NCBI GenBank assembly: GCA_002269645.1
Contig: NIVC01001059.1
Span: 124,001-188,000 of the forward strand
Reading direction: 5' to 3'
Length of the DNA stretch: 64,000 bases
Origin: Macrostomum lignano
Lineage: Eukaryota
A model generated the notes under the pieces. It ran no database searches, was not told the origin of the DNA, and saw only the letters and a list, made by a program, of their open reading frames with translations. Position numbers and translations under genes: made by a program. Numbering within the stretch: the first letter of the stretch is position 1; every line of letters starts with the position of its first letter. Shown in pieces: positions 12,060 through 24,666 of the stretch.

Positions 12060-12389
12060 ACCCTGGCGCACTTTAAGCGACATAAGCACACAACCAGTGA
12101 GAGGCATTATTGCCCATTCCGCCGGCTCCCCTGAGCAGGCATACAAGCGCGCGGATACATATGCAGGCACACACTCACACAGGAGTGTACAGCCACCCTA
12201 ACTTTATTTTATTGTTAGGCATGTACACTTCACTGCGCCTTGGGGGTTTGGCTCTCAAGGCCATTAATTGCACAAGCAGAGCCAAGCCAAGATTCCAATT
12301 CAGCCACAAATTAATGTGACTACACTTGGAATTGAGCCTAGGTCACTGGCCCACCAGAGCAGCTGCGCTACCTCTGGGCTATGGCCCCC
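12060..12389 (-). mobile_element. Possible tRNA-derived SINE inside the transposon
   Basis: Minus-strand head GGGGCCA-TAGCCCAGAGG (A-box-like) ... GGCTCAATTCC (B-box-like, 12338-12328) in a GC-richer island. The 3' boundary is uncertain. Confidence 0.4.
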
Positions 12390-13980
12390 TGGTAGTACTC
12401 GTACAAGTTATTAAAGATTTAAATCAGTTAACCAAGAAACTCTAAATATTATATAAAATGCTAACATGAAATAGCTACATTTATAAATAATAGATAGACA
12501 GTATGCTTTGTATATATTAAAAACTCATGATAGGTGGCCCACTAAATATTTATCAAACCAAAACAAAAAATAGTAACTTCATATCAAGTATGCCTAATGT
12601 TTTTGTAGAGATGCTAGTAAATCTTGACCTTTCAAATTGCATCCTGAAGTGGAAATTTAGATATGATATTATTTCTTGTTTCTTCCTTTTATTTTGGGTT
12701 AAAAAATTGCATCCTGAAATTAGACCTTGGATGCAGTTTTGAATTCTAGTGCCAGCAAAAATTAGAACAGAATATCAATTTAGACTCATTAGGTTGATAC
12801 TGGTTTATTTAATAAACTGGCTTTACTAATAAGTTTTGTACATCCCAGGCTAGGCCTAAGACTGACACCAAAATCAAGCAGTTCTTTGTTGACTGATAGG
12901 TAAGAATTCAATTTCCATGCAATAATTATTCTGATAGGAATTATGCCTAACTCTAATCATTTGTAAATTTTAATCAGTGGAGTATTGTAGGGGCCTATAT
13001 AGTCCAATAATATTACTTTATAATTCCTATGAATAAAAAATCACATACAGTACTGAATAAGAAATGAGATAAGGTAAAGTAGTATACGGAAAATTAGCAA
13101 CTTTAATAAAAGATTCTATAATTAAATTAGCTAATTATCATTAGTAGCTAGACCATTAGCTATGCTTTGCTATTGCATTTATCTCCTTCTAACATCAAAC
13201 TTCTTATGGTATATTTAAGGCCGCCAAAATATAGATGTAAAATAAAATTCAGTCAAACAGAAAGATGCGTTGTATCACCGTGAAGTTTCATATACCTAGC
13301 TGCCTGACCCTGACACAGCTTAGTGAAAAAAAAACAACCCCCATTGATCGGCATGATTGAGCATGCAGCAAATTATTCAAAAATATACGATTTTAACGAT
13401 ACGTATTAACAAAATAAAACTGTAAAAAAACGAGCCTTACTTTTTCCCTTACTTTTTTTCAGTGTTATAAAAATCATTCAATCTACGTTATTATATAGTA
13501 ATGCAGCATAGAAACGTCAAATTTTGGGTTCCATAATGACTTAAGTTTGACGTTGATTTTTCAACCTACTTTCAACGTATATTTTACGTTGCTTCTTTGC
13601 TATTTTACAGGTATAATTGAGCTAGCAAAATGATGACTACAAATGCATATTGACTCTGGCATCTAATTATGCAAAAATAAACTACAAAATCAACGAAGAC
13701 GGGCTGGGGTGAATAGATTTGCGAAGGTAATTTTTGTGACGTCAACGCAACCGCAAATTGACGTCAAAATGCTACCCGGGTTGGATGCCGGTGCGTCGAT
13801 GGCCCAGCCCTTTCCCGCCTGGCGACAGTTAGGCGAACCTCACGACGTCGGCTGTGCTGAATTATGCTATAAGTTGAATTAAACTCTCCTCCGGCAATGG
13901 CCTCTCGCGCCGCAGCGTCAGATGGACTGGCAGTGCGGAGGTGACAGTGCGTTCACGTGACGGCGAAGAACTCAAGCAGC

Positions 13981-13989
13981 CTATATAAT
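13981..13989 (+). promoter_or_regulatory. TATA-like element in a CpG-rich patch, possible numb promoter
   Basis: CTATATAAT with a CACGTG E-box about 25 bp upstream, in a GC-rich island 3.7 kb before numb. Positional inference only. Confidence 0.25.
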
Positions 13990-16454
13990 CAGCGCTCGTC
14001 AGCAGTGTCACTTGACAGGTTCTCAGCGGAATTTGCACCGCGTTAGCCTCGTCAGAGCGTTGATAGCATTGCCGGGCCCAGCCGAATTGCAGATAGCCGC
14101 CAGCAGAGCCTGCTCTACCTCGCGGGTTGGGTCACCCGGGCGGCCGCTCTAATGAAGCCTTTCCAATTCTCTACTCAAATCTCTAATACGTGCGACCTGG
14201 ATTCGCAATGGGAGACGGTGATAGGAGACAGTGACAGTTGTAGAAGTTCATGTCCATTACTCCAGTAATAGCTACGTTTTATATGTAATCTTCTACAACC
14301 ATGCACAAACTAGAGGTAAAATGTTTTTTACATAACTCTGCATCGATTAAAAAGTTTGTTCGAAAATAGGTAATACGCTAAAATTAAATACGCAATTATA
14401 CATTAAAATACATTATCTACACGAGAAGTGAATAAAAAATTCTTAGTGATTCATGAAACATTACATTATTAACTGGATGACGAACGGAGAAATATATAGT
14501 TGTAATTAACTAATTTTCTAAATTTTTATATATATAGTAATTAAAATACGATTTTGATACTTTGATATTTATGCTCCAAAATTAATTTAATTTTCATGCT
14601 TAACTACAAGTATTGTTGTCACATTGCTTTACTTACTACACTGGCTTTCTATGAAAAAGCTACCGGAACAGGCGGCGCTGATTAAGGACAAGTGTGGGCG
14701 GGCGTAAAGAAATGATATAGGCCTACACTTGATCATTGATAGGACAATATCAAGCGAGAAAAGTTGCTCTAAAGTTGTACAGCAAAGATCTAGAATAAGC
14801 ACCAAACGGCTTCATAAGGAAGCTGGGAGTCAGGAATCTAGTCCCCTGAGTCTGGTGTAATTAAGTACCTCTTAGTGCTGCTGGGTACGTTTTTTATCAA
14901 ATAGGCGTATCAATTTTTTATCGATTTCATTTTATTTTTGTATTAATAGGCCTTGGGCCTTCGTTAATATTTGTGTGGGGACTTTGGTTGGTGTAATTTT
15001 TCATTAGGGCCTAATAAAACCAGCTTAGGTCTAGGACATTAGCTGTCTGTGTCATTAAGCATTAGCTATAGCTACTGACTTTTTAACTCCAGTAGGGCCT
15101 ATAGGTTAGCCTATTTGACATATTTGTAGCTGTTTTTTGAAAATTCTTTGAGTATTTTTTCTATTTGAAAATCTCATTGGCCTAGCTAAAAAATCGCACA
15201 TTACTTTTGAAGATTGGTTGATTGAATAAAAAGTATTATATATTTTTATTTGAATATAGGCTATAGGGTATAGCAAAGCCTATGATTGCGTGACCCATAG
15301 TCTGGAAGGTGGCCTTGGGCCCCTTGGCTTTACACTGGAAAATTTCTAGCCTATTTTTTTTCTTGCTGACAATCTTGGCATACACTTCGCATATAGAATT
15401 TTCAGGTTCAACATGAAGTGCACATACATAGTTGGCATACAAAAAATAGCCAAGTTTATGGTTAATCAATGTAGTTGTGTATGTACTATGTAGTTAAATA
15501 TCAACTAGTAATTTAAGCTCTTAAAGATAATTGAGAACTAAAATAAAAATATTAACACAATTTACAAGAAAAACAAAATTAAAACAAAGAATATCAGTTT
15601 TTAGCAAAAAACTATAGTTGTGAAGTTTAGTAAAACTCTTATTTTCAATAATAAATATTCCCTAAAAAATTGGCATGCAAGCAACTCTGGGCTTGGCATA
15701 AATTTTTTTTAATTTTATATTGGCATAAAATTGAAAAAAAAACATGAACTTTTATTCTGGCATAGGCCTATTCTTGCTTTAATCTAGATTATAATAGCCT
15801 AGGCCCATTATTATAGTCTTAAGTCTAAGTATACTCTTAGTCCAGATAAATAGTCCAAATATATATTATTATATAAATATAATAAATATTTCCCTATATT
15901 TATTAGGTTGTTGATTGATATACCATAGTCAAGAAAGTGGTAGATTTCATGCAAAATTATTAGGCCCTATGCACTCAAAAGAATTTTTTAGCATACATGG
16001 TACACATGGTGCACATGGCATACCACACTTAGTGCATAGTCTATATAGTATAAAATATTCTTAGTTCACAAGTAAAATATAACATAAATGTGTATTTGCT
16101 CCTTTTTCCATTTTTTCCAAATATGCAAATTATACACATTGTATTTTGGGTTTTTTAAGCCATATAAGGTTTTTTGGCCCATTGAAAATCTTATTGGCAA
16201 TTAGATTTTTTGCTTTAAAGGCCAATCAGGCAACTTCATTTTCCCCATGCCAGTTGCCAATTTCAAAAATTATTTTGTAAATATAATAAAAGTGCCATAT
16301 GAATCAGTATGATGGAATTATTGTTTTGTTATTGTTTGCAACATAGATAGCAATCTTAAAGTTGAAAGCATAAATTTCTGCTTTTTAAACATAGCCTTGG
16401 AAATATCTATCCTCAAGAATTTGGCTAGTTGCCAATGGGCAACCAAAAATAGCC

Positions 16455-16630
16455 ATTGGCAACTGGATTTTGAGCCCCAAAGGCCAGCTGGCAACTGGAT
16501 TTTGAGCCCCAAAGGCCAGCTGGCAACTGGATTTTGAGCCCCAAGGGACAGCTGGCAACTGAATTTTGAGCCCCAAGGGCCAGCTGGCAACTGAATTTTG
16601 AGCCCCAAGGGCCAGCTGGCAACTGGATTT
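16455..16630. repeat. 32-bp minisatellite, 5-6 copies
   Basis: Periodic CTGGCAACTGGATTTTGAGCCCCAAAGGCCAG; explains ORFs 16318..16696. Confidence 0.85.
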
Positions 16631-17670
16631 CCAACCTAAAAAAGCCCAGATTGTATTAAAAATTTTAATATTAAAACAATCATTTTTTATTAACATTAAA
16701 GAAAAAATTCAAAAAATGTTAAATTCAAAATTTTTGGTACACTATTCACTTTTTTCCCAAGTACATGGCATAGTTAAAAATTAGACCAGGGATTTGTTGC
16801 AGTGCATATAGCACACCTTGACCATAGTTGATATACAGGCTAAATAATAATAATAATAGATTAGGCTAGAGCCTAATTACAAGTATATCTACCCAAATGG
16901 TATTAGTAGATGTGCAATCAACAACTTTTTTATAGCTATTGTGTGGTATACCTAAAGGCTACATATGGATAACTATTTAGTTTAACAATAGGGGCTACCA
17001 TCTATATTAATCAATAGCATATTGTCAAATAACCGAATTTATCAACAATGCATGGTAAAGTAAGCCAGTAGCAAATGTAATGTTGACAAATTCAGTGGCA
17101 CCCTAACCTTTTTACTACTATAATTTGTAGTATGCTAGCAAGTTAATTAATTTAAAGTTTGTTAAAATGCAAATTCTTTTGCAAAATGTTTTGTGATATG
17201 GCATATGGCAGATATAGAGATTTATTATAAAATAAACAATTAAACAAATGAATAAAAATGTTAAAATATTTGAAATGTTGAAATATAGTGTTAAAACAAA
17301 TGTCTTGTTTCTTCATATATGTCTTGCACTATATGCACTTGTAATGTAATGTAATATTAATTAAAATAATAGGCCTAGTCTTTATGTTTATAGCAAGATT
17401 TTAGACATAGGCTAAGGTAGCCTAGATTTTAAATTAATTATTTGCTGGTTTTGCTATAAGCCTAGCAAGTGTCTCCAGTTTCTTCTTTTTATAGTAGATA
17501 TAGTTTATTGTATCACTTTGCATTGTATAATGATATTTATAATAGAAGCAAAGCTTATTGAACTTTCTTATATATAAAGTAAATTTGCCATATATTTAAT
17601 ATTCACATGCTATTAAATTCTTTCACTAAATACCCTTTTAGTTCAGTGCTCAACACAGCAAACCAGCTAG

Positions 17671-20600
17671 ATGTCGGAGCGAATGGGAAAATTTCTGCGC
17701 ACCATCAGCTTCCGCAAGAAGAAGAAAAAGCGCAGGCAGGAGTCCAGCAAGCCGCAGCAGTGGCAGGAGGATGAAAAGAAAGTCCGAGAGGGCTCCTGCA
17801 GCTTTCAAGTCAAGGTCTGTGTGTCTTGGGTGTTCTGGGCCTCTGTTGCTAGGCTAGATTTTGGGTCCTGTTTAGAGTGGAGACTGAGGCAGCCGCAGTG
17901 CTGGGCAGTGAGGGCCCTGAAGAGAGCTCGGAAGTGGACACTGAGGCAGCCGCAGTGCTGGGCAGTGAGGGCCCTGAAGAGAGCTCGGAAGTGGACACTG
18001 AGGCAGCCGCAGTGCTGGGCAGTGAGGGCCCTGAAGAGAGCTCGGAAGTGGACACTGAGGCAGCCGCAGTGCTGGGCAGTGAGGGCCCTGAAGAGAGCTC
18101 GGAAGTGGAGGCTGAGGCAGCCGCAGTGCTGGGCAGTGAGGGCCCTGAAGAGAGCTGGGAAGTGGAGGCTGAGGCAGCCGCAGTGCTGGGCAGTGAGGGC
18201 CCTGAAGAGAGCTCGGAAGTGGACACTGAGGCAGCCGCAGTGCTGGGCAGTGAGGGCCCTGAAGAGAGCTGGGAAGTGGAGGCTGAGGCAGCCGCAGTGC
18301 TGGGCAGTGAGGGCCCTGAAGAGAGCTCGGAAGTGGACACTGAGGCAGCCGCAGTGCTGGGCAGTGAGGGCCCTGAAGAGAGCTGGGAAGTGGAGGCTGA
18401 GGCAGCCGCAGTGCTGGGCAGTGAGGGCCCTGAAGAGAGCTCGGAAGTGGACACTGAGGCAGCCGCAGTGCTGGGCAGTGAGGGCCCTGAAGAGAGCTCG
18501 GAAGTGGACACTGAGGCAGCCGCAGTGCTGGGCAGTGAGGGCCCTGAAGAGAGCTCGGAAGTGGAGGCTGAGCCAGCCGCAGTGCTGGGCAGTGAGGGCC
18601 CTGAATGCCAGAGAATGTCATATTCACTTAAGCATCAACGGAACTTTCATTCCCCTTTCAAACTGAACCCGCTGCAGTACCTCGGCTGCATGGAGGTGTT
18701 CGAGTCCCGCGGGATGCAAGTCTGCGAAGAGGCGATCAAGAATCTCATAAAAGTGAGTGCATAAAATTTAAACTCAGTTAGCAACTGTTAACCGACTGTC
18801 ACAGGCGTTAAGCTGTCACAGTGCTGATTTATTGCTGACAGCAATCTGCGCACCAGCACAGCTGGCATTTGCAGTTATTCTGTCATTATTATTAATATTC
18901 GAGCCCCGGCAGGGCAGCAATGCGCACTAACACTTGTGCGGACCCGCCCACCCTTCGCAGGCCAAGACCAAGCACCACAAGCGGGCTGTGCTGTATGTGA
19001 ACGGCGAAGCGCTGAGAGTTGTGGACGAGATCAGCAAGGTGAGCGGATTGGGCTAATTGCAGTTCATTATCATATTCTATATTCATGCCCGGGACTCCGT
19101 CACCTGGCTTTGTGTGGCGAGCCTCTTCCATGAGACTGGCCTCTCCTCTCTCTGCTTCTCACTCTCCCTATCATTCTCATTCAGCCCACTCCTGGCTTAG
19201 TGATCAGTCAGAATTATATTTGCAGTAATTACTGCCGTCCTGCTCAGTGGCTCCACTTGTGTGCTCAGAATTGAGGCTAAGAGAAACCCCTTCATGGCTG
19301 CTACAACTGATCTCATCCCGTCAATGAGTGTCAGTTTGCAAGGTTGGCAGTAGCCTCCTTCCCTTCCTATGCTTCTCTTCTCTATACTCTACCCTCTCCT
19401 CTCTCTCCACTTTCTCTCCACTCTCTTCTCTCCTCTCCTCCTCTCCTCCCCTCCTCTCTCCTCCCCTCCTCTCCTCTCCTCCCTCCCCTCCTCTCTCCTC
19501 TCCTCCCCTCCTCTCTCTCCTCCCCTCCTCTCTCCTCTCCTCACCTCCTCTCTCCTCTCCTCCCCTCCTCCCTCCTCTCCTCCCCTCCTCTCTCCTCTCC
19601 TCCCCTCCTCCCTCCTCTCCTCCCCTCCTCTCTCCTCTCCTCCCCTCCTCTCTCCTCTCCTCCCCTCCTCTCTCCTCTCCTCCCCTCCTCTCTCCTCTCC
19701 TCCCCTCCTCTCTCCTCTCCTCCCCTCTCTCCACTCCTCCCCTCCTCTCTCCTCTCCTCCCCTCCTCTCTCCTCTCCTCCCCTCCTCTCTCCTTTCCTCC
19801 CCTCCTCTCTCCTCTCCTCCCCTCCTCTCTCCTCTCCTCCCCTCCTCTCTCCTTTCCTCCCCTCCTCTCTCCTCTCCTCCCCTCCTCTCTCCTCTCCTCC
19901 CCTCCTCTCTCCTCTCCCCTTTTCTTTCCTTTCCCTCCTTCCTCTCCTCTCTTCTCCTCTTCTCTTCTCCTCTCTCCTCTCCTCTCCCCTTTGCTTCCTC
20001 TCTCCCTCATTTCCCTCCGCCTCCTATCTGTCTGAGCTGCAGTTTGCGCTGCTTCCTTAATTCACCCAATCCCGTCCGAGCCACAAAGGGGGCCGCAATT
20101 TCCAAATTCCATTGGCTTGCTCGAATCTTTGCCAGAACTGCTGCTTTGTGCTGCTAATCTCCGTCCCCTCTGAAGTGCTTGATTGCCAATGCATTTCTGG
20201 CATCGTGCACTTCTTTCTGTCCTGTCCCGTGCTTGCTGTGCCAGCTTGCTGTCATTCTCCACTGCCTGGGGCTTTGCCAATGAGCCGTGCATTTTTGAGT
20301 AATGGACAGCGAGCTGGAGAGTGTCGGTAGATTTCCAGTTGTAACCAAGCGCTACCTTACTAATCCCCGCGTCAGGGCCTCATTGTGGACCAGACCATCG
20401 AGAAGGTATCCTTCTGCGCGCCGGACCGCAATCACGAGAAAGGCTTCGCCTACATCTGCCGGGACGGCGCCACCAGGCGTTGGATGTGCCACGGCTTCCT
20501 GGCGGTCAAGGAGTCGGTGAGGAGCGCGTGTGCAGGAGACGAGGGTCAATTAAGGCCAATATGTTTTTGTTTCCCTGTGTCTGATTTTCAGTAGAATTTC

Positions 20601-23600
20601 AAGTCTCCTCACTGCCTGTCCCACAGGGCGAGCGCCTGTCGCACGCAGTCGGCTGCGCCTTCGCCATCTGCTTGGAGAAGAAGCAGGAGCGCGAGAAAGA
20701 GTCCGTCCAAGTCCAGTTCAACGACAAGGGCACCAGCTTCGAGAGGATGGGCTCGTTTAGGCAGACCACCCTCACTGAGAAGATGCTGGACCCGCAGTGC
20801 GCCATCCTGCCGCAGCCTGTGCCTGTGACTCAGCGGCCCGAGGCCCGGGTGGACACCGCCAGCGCCGTGCCCAGGCCGCAGGCCAATCCGCAGCTGTTCG
20901 AGCGGCAGGCCTCGCTGCGCCTGTTCCCCAAGCTGGGCCAGGGCGACAACAGCCCGTTCCGCAACAAGAACTACTCCTCACTGCGGCTGCCCGGGGAGGC
21001 CGGACAGGCGGCCAGGGCCGGCCTGCCTGCGCTGGTGGAGGGAGCTGGCGGGGCTACCAACGGACTGGGTATGGGCTGAGCTGATGTGCTGGGGTGGACT
21101 GGGGATTGAGATGATTGGATTGGGACTGGGGTGATTAGATTGGGACTGGGGTGATTAGATTGGGACTGGGGTGATTAGATTGGGACTGTGGTGATTAGAT
21201 TGGGACTGTGGTGATTAGATTGGGACTGTGGTGATTAGATTGGGACTGTGGTGATTAGATTGGGACTGTGGTGATTAGATTGGGACTGGGGTGATTAGAT
21301 GGGGACTGAGACGATTAGATGCGGACCGGGATGATTAGATGGGGACTGACATTATTAGATTGGGACTGGGATGATAAGATTGGGACTGAGACGATTAGAT
21401 GGGGACTGAAGTGATTAGATGGGGACTGAAGTGATTAGATTGGGACTGGGGGTGAATAGATTGGGACTGGGATGATTAGATGGGGACTGGGATGATTAGA
21501 TGAGGTCTGAAATGATTAGATGGGGACTGGGATGATTAGATTGGGACTGGGGTGATAAGATTGGGACTGGGGTGATTAGATGGGACTGGGATGATAAGAT
21601 GGGGACTGACATTATTAGATTGGGACTGGGATGATAAGATTGGGACTGGGGTGATTAGATGGGACTGGGATGATAAGATGGGGACTGAGACGATTAGATG
21701 CGGACCGGGATGATTAGATGGGGACTGAGATGATTAGATTGGGACTGGAGTGATTAGATTGGGAGTGGGATAATTAGATGGAGACTGAGACGATTAGATG
21801 GGGACTGGGGTGATTAGACGAGGACTGGGATGATTAGATGAAGACTGGGATGATAAGATGGGGACTGGGGTGATTAGATGGGGACTGGGATGATTAGATG
21901 GGGACTGGGGTGATTAGATGGGGACTGGGGTGATTAGATGGGGGCTGGGGTGATTAGATGGGACTGGGATGATAAGATTGGGACTGGGATGATTAGATGG
22001 GGACTGGGGTGATTAGATGGGGACTGAAGTGATTAGATGGGGACTGGGGTGATTAGATGGGGACTGAAGTGATTAGATGGGGACTGAAGTGATTAGATGG
22101 GGGCTGGGGTGATTAGATGGGGACTGGGTGATTAGATGGGGACTGGGGTGATTAGATGGGGACTGAAGTGATTAGATGGGGACTGGGGTGATTAGATGGG
22201 GACTGGGGTGATTAGATGGGGACTGGGATGATTAGATGGGGACTGAAGTGATTAGATGGGGACTGAAGTGATTAGATGGGGACTGAAGTGATTAGATGGG
22301 GACTGGGGTGATTAGATGGGGACTGGGGTGATTAGATGGGGACTGAAGTGATTAGATGGGGACTGGGGTGATTAGATGGGGACTGGGGTGATTAGATGGG
22401 GACTGAAGTGATTAGATGGGGACTGAAGTGATTAGATGGGGACTGGGGTGATTAGATGGGGACTGAAGTGATTAGATGGGGACTGGGGTGATTAGATGGG
22501 GACTGGGGTGATTAGATGGGGACTGGGGTGATTAGATGGGGACTGAAGTGATTAGATGGGGACTGGGGTGATTAGATGGGGACCGGGATAAGACAGGACT
22601 GCCTCCCTGAATCTCGCAGGCTCCGCCATTCCCGAGGAGTCGGCCTCCATGGAGCAGCTGCACGCGGCCTCGGACGGACCCGGAGTGGCCGCCGCGTCCG
22701 CCAGGCCGCAGCTGCTAACGCAGCCTGCTCAGTCTCGAGTTCTGAGCTCCGTCTTGGAGGAGACCCCACCAATGGTGTCATCGAGCTCGTCCGCCGCTGC
22801 AGCTGCCGTCGTTTCATCTTCGCCGGCCGCCGCCGTCGTTGTCTCTTCTTCGCCGGCCGCCGCCTCAGCGGGCGCCTCCGGCTACCAGCAGGGCCGCCCT
22901 GCTAACGGGGGCGACTTCTCTGGTGCCGCCCCGCCAGCCGCAGCGCCAGCGACCAAATCCTACAACCGTGAGTCCAGCTTTTCAAAGAAATGTCTGCTTT
23001 ATCTTTCCTGGGTTCGGTTCAAAGCGGTTTGGCTTGTATAAGCATTCCAGTCCATTTGAGGTTAGGGTTCATAGCGTGCTACACTCAACTGTCAGTGGCT
23101 GTGAGTTGTCAGTGGCTGTCAGTTGTCAGTAGCTGTGAGTTGTCAGTGGCTGTCAGTTGTCAGTAGCTGTGAGTTGTCAGTGGCTGTCAGTTGTCAGTGG
23201 CTGTCAGTTGTCAGTGGCTGTCAGCTGTGTACCTGTATGTCAGTTGTCAGTGGCTGTCAGTTGTCAGTGGCTGTCAGCTGTCAGTACCTGTATGTCAGTT
23301 GTCAGTGGCTGTCAGTTGTCAGTGGCTATCAGTTGTCAGTAACTGTATGTCAGTTGTCAGTGGCTGTCAGTTGTCAGTGGCTGTCAGCTGTGTACCTGTA
23401 TGTCAGTTGTCAGTTGTCAGTAACTGTATGTCAGTTGTCAGTGGCTGTCAGTTGTCAGTGGCTGTCAGCTGTGTACCTGTATGTCAGTTGTCAGTGTCTG
23501 TCAGTTGTCAGTGTCTATCAGTTGTCAGTAACTGTATGTCAGTTGTCAGTGGCTGCATGTCAGTTGTCAGTGGCTGTCAGCTGTGTACCTGTATGTCAGT

Positions 23601-24666
23601 TGTCAGTGTCTGTCAGTTGTCAGTGTCTATCAGTTGTCAGTAACTGTATGTCAGTTGTCAGTGGCTGCATGTCAGTTGTCAGTGGCTGTCAGCTGTGTAC
23701 CTGTATGTCAGTTGTCAGTGTCTGTCAGTTGTCAGTGTCTATCAGTTGTCAGTAACTGTATGTCAGTTGTCAGTGGCTGCATGTCAGTTGTCAGTGGCTG
23801 TCAGCTGTGTACCTGTATGTCAGTTGTCAGTGTCTGTCAGTTGTCAGTGTCTATCAGTTGTCAGTAACTGTATGTCAGTTGTCAGTGGCTGCATGTCAGT
23901 TGTCATTGGCTGTCAGCTGTGTACCTGTATGTCAGTTGTCAGTGTCTGTCAGTTGTCAGTGTCTATCAGTTGTCAGTAACTGTATGTCAGTTGTCAGTGG
24001 CTGCATGTCAGTTGTCAGTGGCTGTCAGCTGTGTACCTGTATGTCAGTTGTCAGTGGCTGCATGTCAGTTGTCAGTGGCTGTCAGCTGTGTACCTGTATG
24101 TCAGTTGTCAGTGTCTGTCAGTTGTCAGTGTCTATCAGTTGTCAGTAACTGTATGTCAGTTGTCAGTGGCTGCATGTCAGTTGTCAGTGGCTGTCAGCTG
24201 TGTACCTGTATGTCAGTTGTCAGTGTCTGTCAGTTGTCAGTGTCTATCAGTTGTCAGTAACTGTATGTCAGCTGTCAGTACCTGTATGCCAGTTGTCAGT
24301 GGCTGTCAAGTTATCAAAGAAATTAAAATCATGGCAGTTATCGCCAAGCTACTGTCAGTAGTCTGTCCGCAATTTGCAAACGCAAAGCTCATCCGCGTCT
24401 CCTGACCAGCATTTCTGGCAACGCCGCCTGAGGCGCAGCAGCCGGCGCCCTGGCCCTCAACTTCCGCCGCCGCCGTTGCCCCGGCAGCCGCAGCCTCGGC
24501 AGCTCTGAGCAACGCAGCTTGGCGCCAGTTCGACCAGGCCGACCCGTTCGACGTGACCTGGGCAGACCGGGCCGCCAGGGCCCACCAGCCCAGCTGCACC
24601 AACCCGTTCCTGCCGCAGCAGCAGCCTCAGGGAGGCAGCGGGAAGGCGTTCCGTGTTGACATGTGA
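17671..24666 (+). CDS. numb: Numb endocytic adaptor (PTB + NumbF + DPF/NPF tail), 494 aa, 7 exons
   Basis: join(17671..17814,18678..18752,18961..19038,20376..20516,20627..21068,22620..22967,24410..24666), all GT-AG and in phase. PTB motifs [68 protein letters not shown]; NumbF motif ERQASLR; C-terminal DPF and TNPF. A second NPF is split across the exon 6/7 junction. Confidence 0.95.
17876..18605. repeat. 57-bp minisatellite, about 13 copies, numb intron 1
   Basis: Period 57 (e.g. 17934 to 17991). Confidence 0.95.
19395..20005. repeat. Polypyrimidine (CT-rich) low-complexity repeat, numb intron 3
   Basis: About 600 bp almost entirely C/T on the + strand. Confidence 0.95.
21110..22585. repeat. 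About 20-bp G-rich minisatellite (GATTAGATGGGGACTGGGGT), numb intron 5
   Basis: Direct periodicity; fills almost the whole intron. Confidence 0.95.
23088..24310. repeat. TGTCAGT-based minisatellite with higher-order 112-bp units, numb intron 6
   Basis: Direct periodicity; track ORFs recur every 112 bp (23583, 23695, 23807, 23919, 24031). Confidence 0.9.

Larger units (their letters stand above)
6158..13780 (-). mobile_element. Full-length CACTA/EnSpm (CMC superfamily) DNA transposon, 7623 bp
   Basis: Perfect TIRs CCCGGGTAGCA (6158-6168) and TGCTACCCGGG (13770-13780); 3-bp TSD TTG (6155-6157 and 13781-13783); clustered GACGT subterminal motifs at both ends; encodes a transposase and a second gene. 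Confidence 0.9.
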
